Shown: positions 62,607-64,000 of the stretch, piece after piece | How the letters are laid out: each line of letters starts with the position of its first letter | Numbering within the stretch: position 1 is the first letter of the stretch | NCBI GenBank assembly: GCA_951406725.2 | Contig: OX597829.1 | Coordinates: 51,770,001 to 51,834,000, forward strand | Direction: 5' to 3' | DNA length: 64,000 nt | DNA from: Octopus vulgaris | Taxonomy: Eukaryota | Position numbers and translations under genes: made by a program | Notes under the pieces: generated by a model | The model's database searches: none | What the model was told of the DNA's origin: nothing | What the model saw: the letters and a program-made list of their open reading frames with translations, nothing else

Positions 62607-63212
62607 AATCCCTCAAACACACAATAAAAACTTGTACAACATTTTTCACATAACTACGATCAGAAGCTAAACGAAATTCGAGTAGATGTGTGATTTTTTG
62701 ATACAATAAACACACACGTATGTACGCCCATTTGTCCGTACATATATATATCAGACTAGTTCAAATATGTTTGCGACATGCTTAAATTCCTAAAGCTAAT
62801 TTCATTGTAGTTTATCACGGAGTAAAAATTATCGTTTATGGCAAATAATGTAAATATATCATTATCAGCTTGATGTTACCCTCTATTGCCACCCCCACCA
62901 GATGCATTTCTGACTTCTTAAACTGTCCTTAGTTGAGAATACCAAAGAAAGGAAACCCTGAGATGACAGTAAGTCTTAGCTTTATAATAAATCAGTCAAT
63001 ACTAGTGAATGGTTTTCGCTCGTTGACCGCCCTCTCTCAAGAAATATATAAGTAGTAGCGCAAAGCATTTGATGCAAAATAAACTTTAGGTTGGTTCAAA
63101 TATGTTTGTGACATATTTTAACTTCCGAAAGCAACTTCAAAAAAAAAAACTCACTTATTGTAAAGTTGTAAACACACCGTTAGCAGCTCATGATGCCGTG
63201 TTGGTTCAATAG

Positions 63213-63650
63213 ATGCATTGGATCTTTTCCTTTTTAACGGCACTTTGTAACATAATTTCTAGGTAACTAAAAAGTTTTAAACTTCGTATACTGGTAGAAT
63301 GTGTTTATAAAACATCATTTTCTCTTGGCTTTATTGAGAAAATTCTATAGTTTGTAAGATATTTCGTCTGAAATTACTTGCATTTCGGCAATTTTAACCA
63401 ATCACTGGAGTTTATTTAGGTAAATAACATTCTGTGCATTATGAATATGTCCCTCCTTTAAGAAACAGATTGGGTTTATTTACATTTGTGAAGAAAAAAG
63501 ATACCCTTCCCAACCCCTAACCCTAACTCTAACCCTAAATCTAAAATAGATTGAAATGCAATAGATCGATACTAGGGTTATAATTATGGGTGACAATTTC
63601 ATACGACACCGCTACGGAAAATGGGATTTTTTTCTAGCGATCCGATGCAT
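63213..63650. mobile_element. Small DNA-transposon-like element with an internal (CCCTAA)n-like tract
   Basis: Short inverted termini atgcattggatc / gatccgatgcat and internal ccctaaccctaactctaaccctaa. Confidence 0.5.
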
Positions 63651-64000
63651 TTCTCTTAATGCATTTCGTTAAGCTGTCATCATACGCATAAAAGTAAAGT
63701 TGTGTGTCTGTCTCCTACGATTTAGATTCCTAATTACTCCCACATTTTGCGGTGCAGTTTAACCAAAACCGGGTATCTTATAGTCGTGATTCATATCGAG
63801 CCCTTCTGGGTATTAGCGCGCGTCTACGATGAGTCTACGGTTTAAAAAAAAATTTACCATAATTTTTTCCCATTTTAATGCATTTTTTGGCTATTATATA
63901 AGGGAAGTAACTCTCTAAAAATGTCTACGATGAGTCAACGATTTAAAAAAATTTACCATAATTTTTTTCCATTTTTAATGCATTTTTTTGCTATTTTTTG

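Noticed and set aside
63515-63545. (CCCTAA)n as telomere (also at about 325-350)
   Set aside because: Only a few degenerate units, internal to a dispersed element.

Overview
AT-rich, repeat-dense eukaryotic DNA. The SINE families and (TA)n/(CA)n load suggest an octopus, which is an inference. I can reconstruct one protein-coding gene, a cramped/CRAMP1 ortholog on the minus strand: 18 coding exons from ATG 55202 to TGA 11533, 3546 nt, about 1181 aa, with all intron phases consistent. It has an N-terminal SANT domain and the conserved C-terminal MNENSxDY motif. Intron 8 (39474-40658) is a U12-type (minor spliceosome) GT-AG intron that is almost filled by a DNA transposon. The rest is decayed transposons: Tc1/mariner/maT, pogo-like, piggyBac-like, Merlin/MULE-like MITEs, RTE and CR1-like LINEs, a Penelope-like element, one solo LTR and many tRNA-derived SINEs. 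The most unusual signal is a set of short palindromic elements, probably Penelope-derived, whose arms carry minimal type I hammerhead-ribozyme folds with non-canonical cores. The two clearest are a G3-C8 swapped core at 60430-60477 and a U4C core at 22516-22553. Nearly all other listed ORFs are microsatellite or SINE artefacts.
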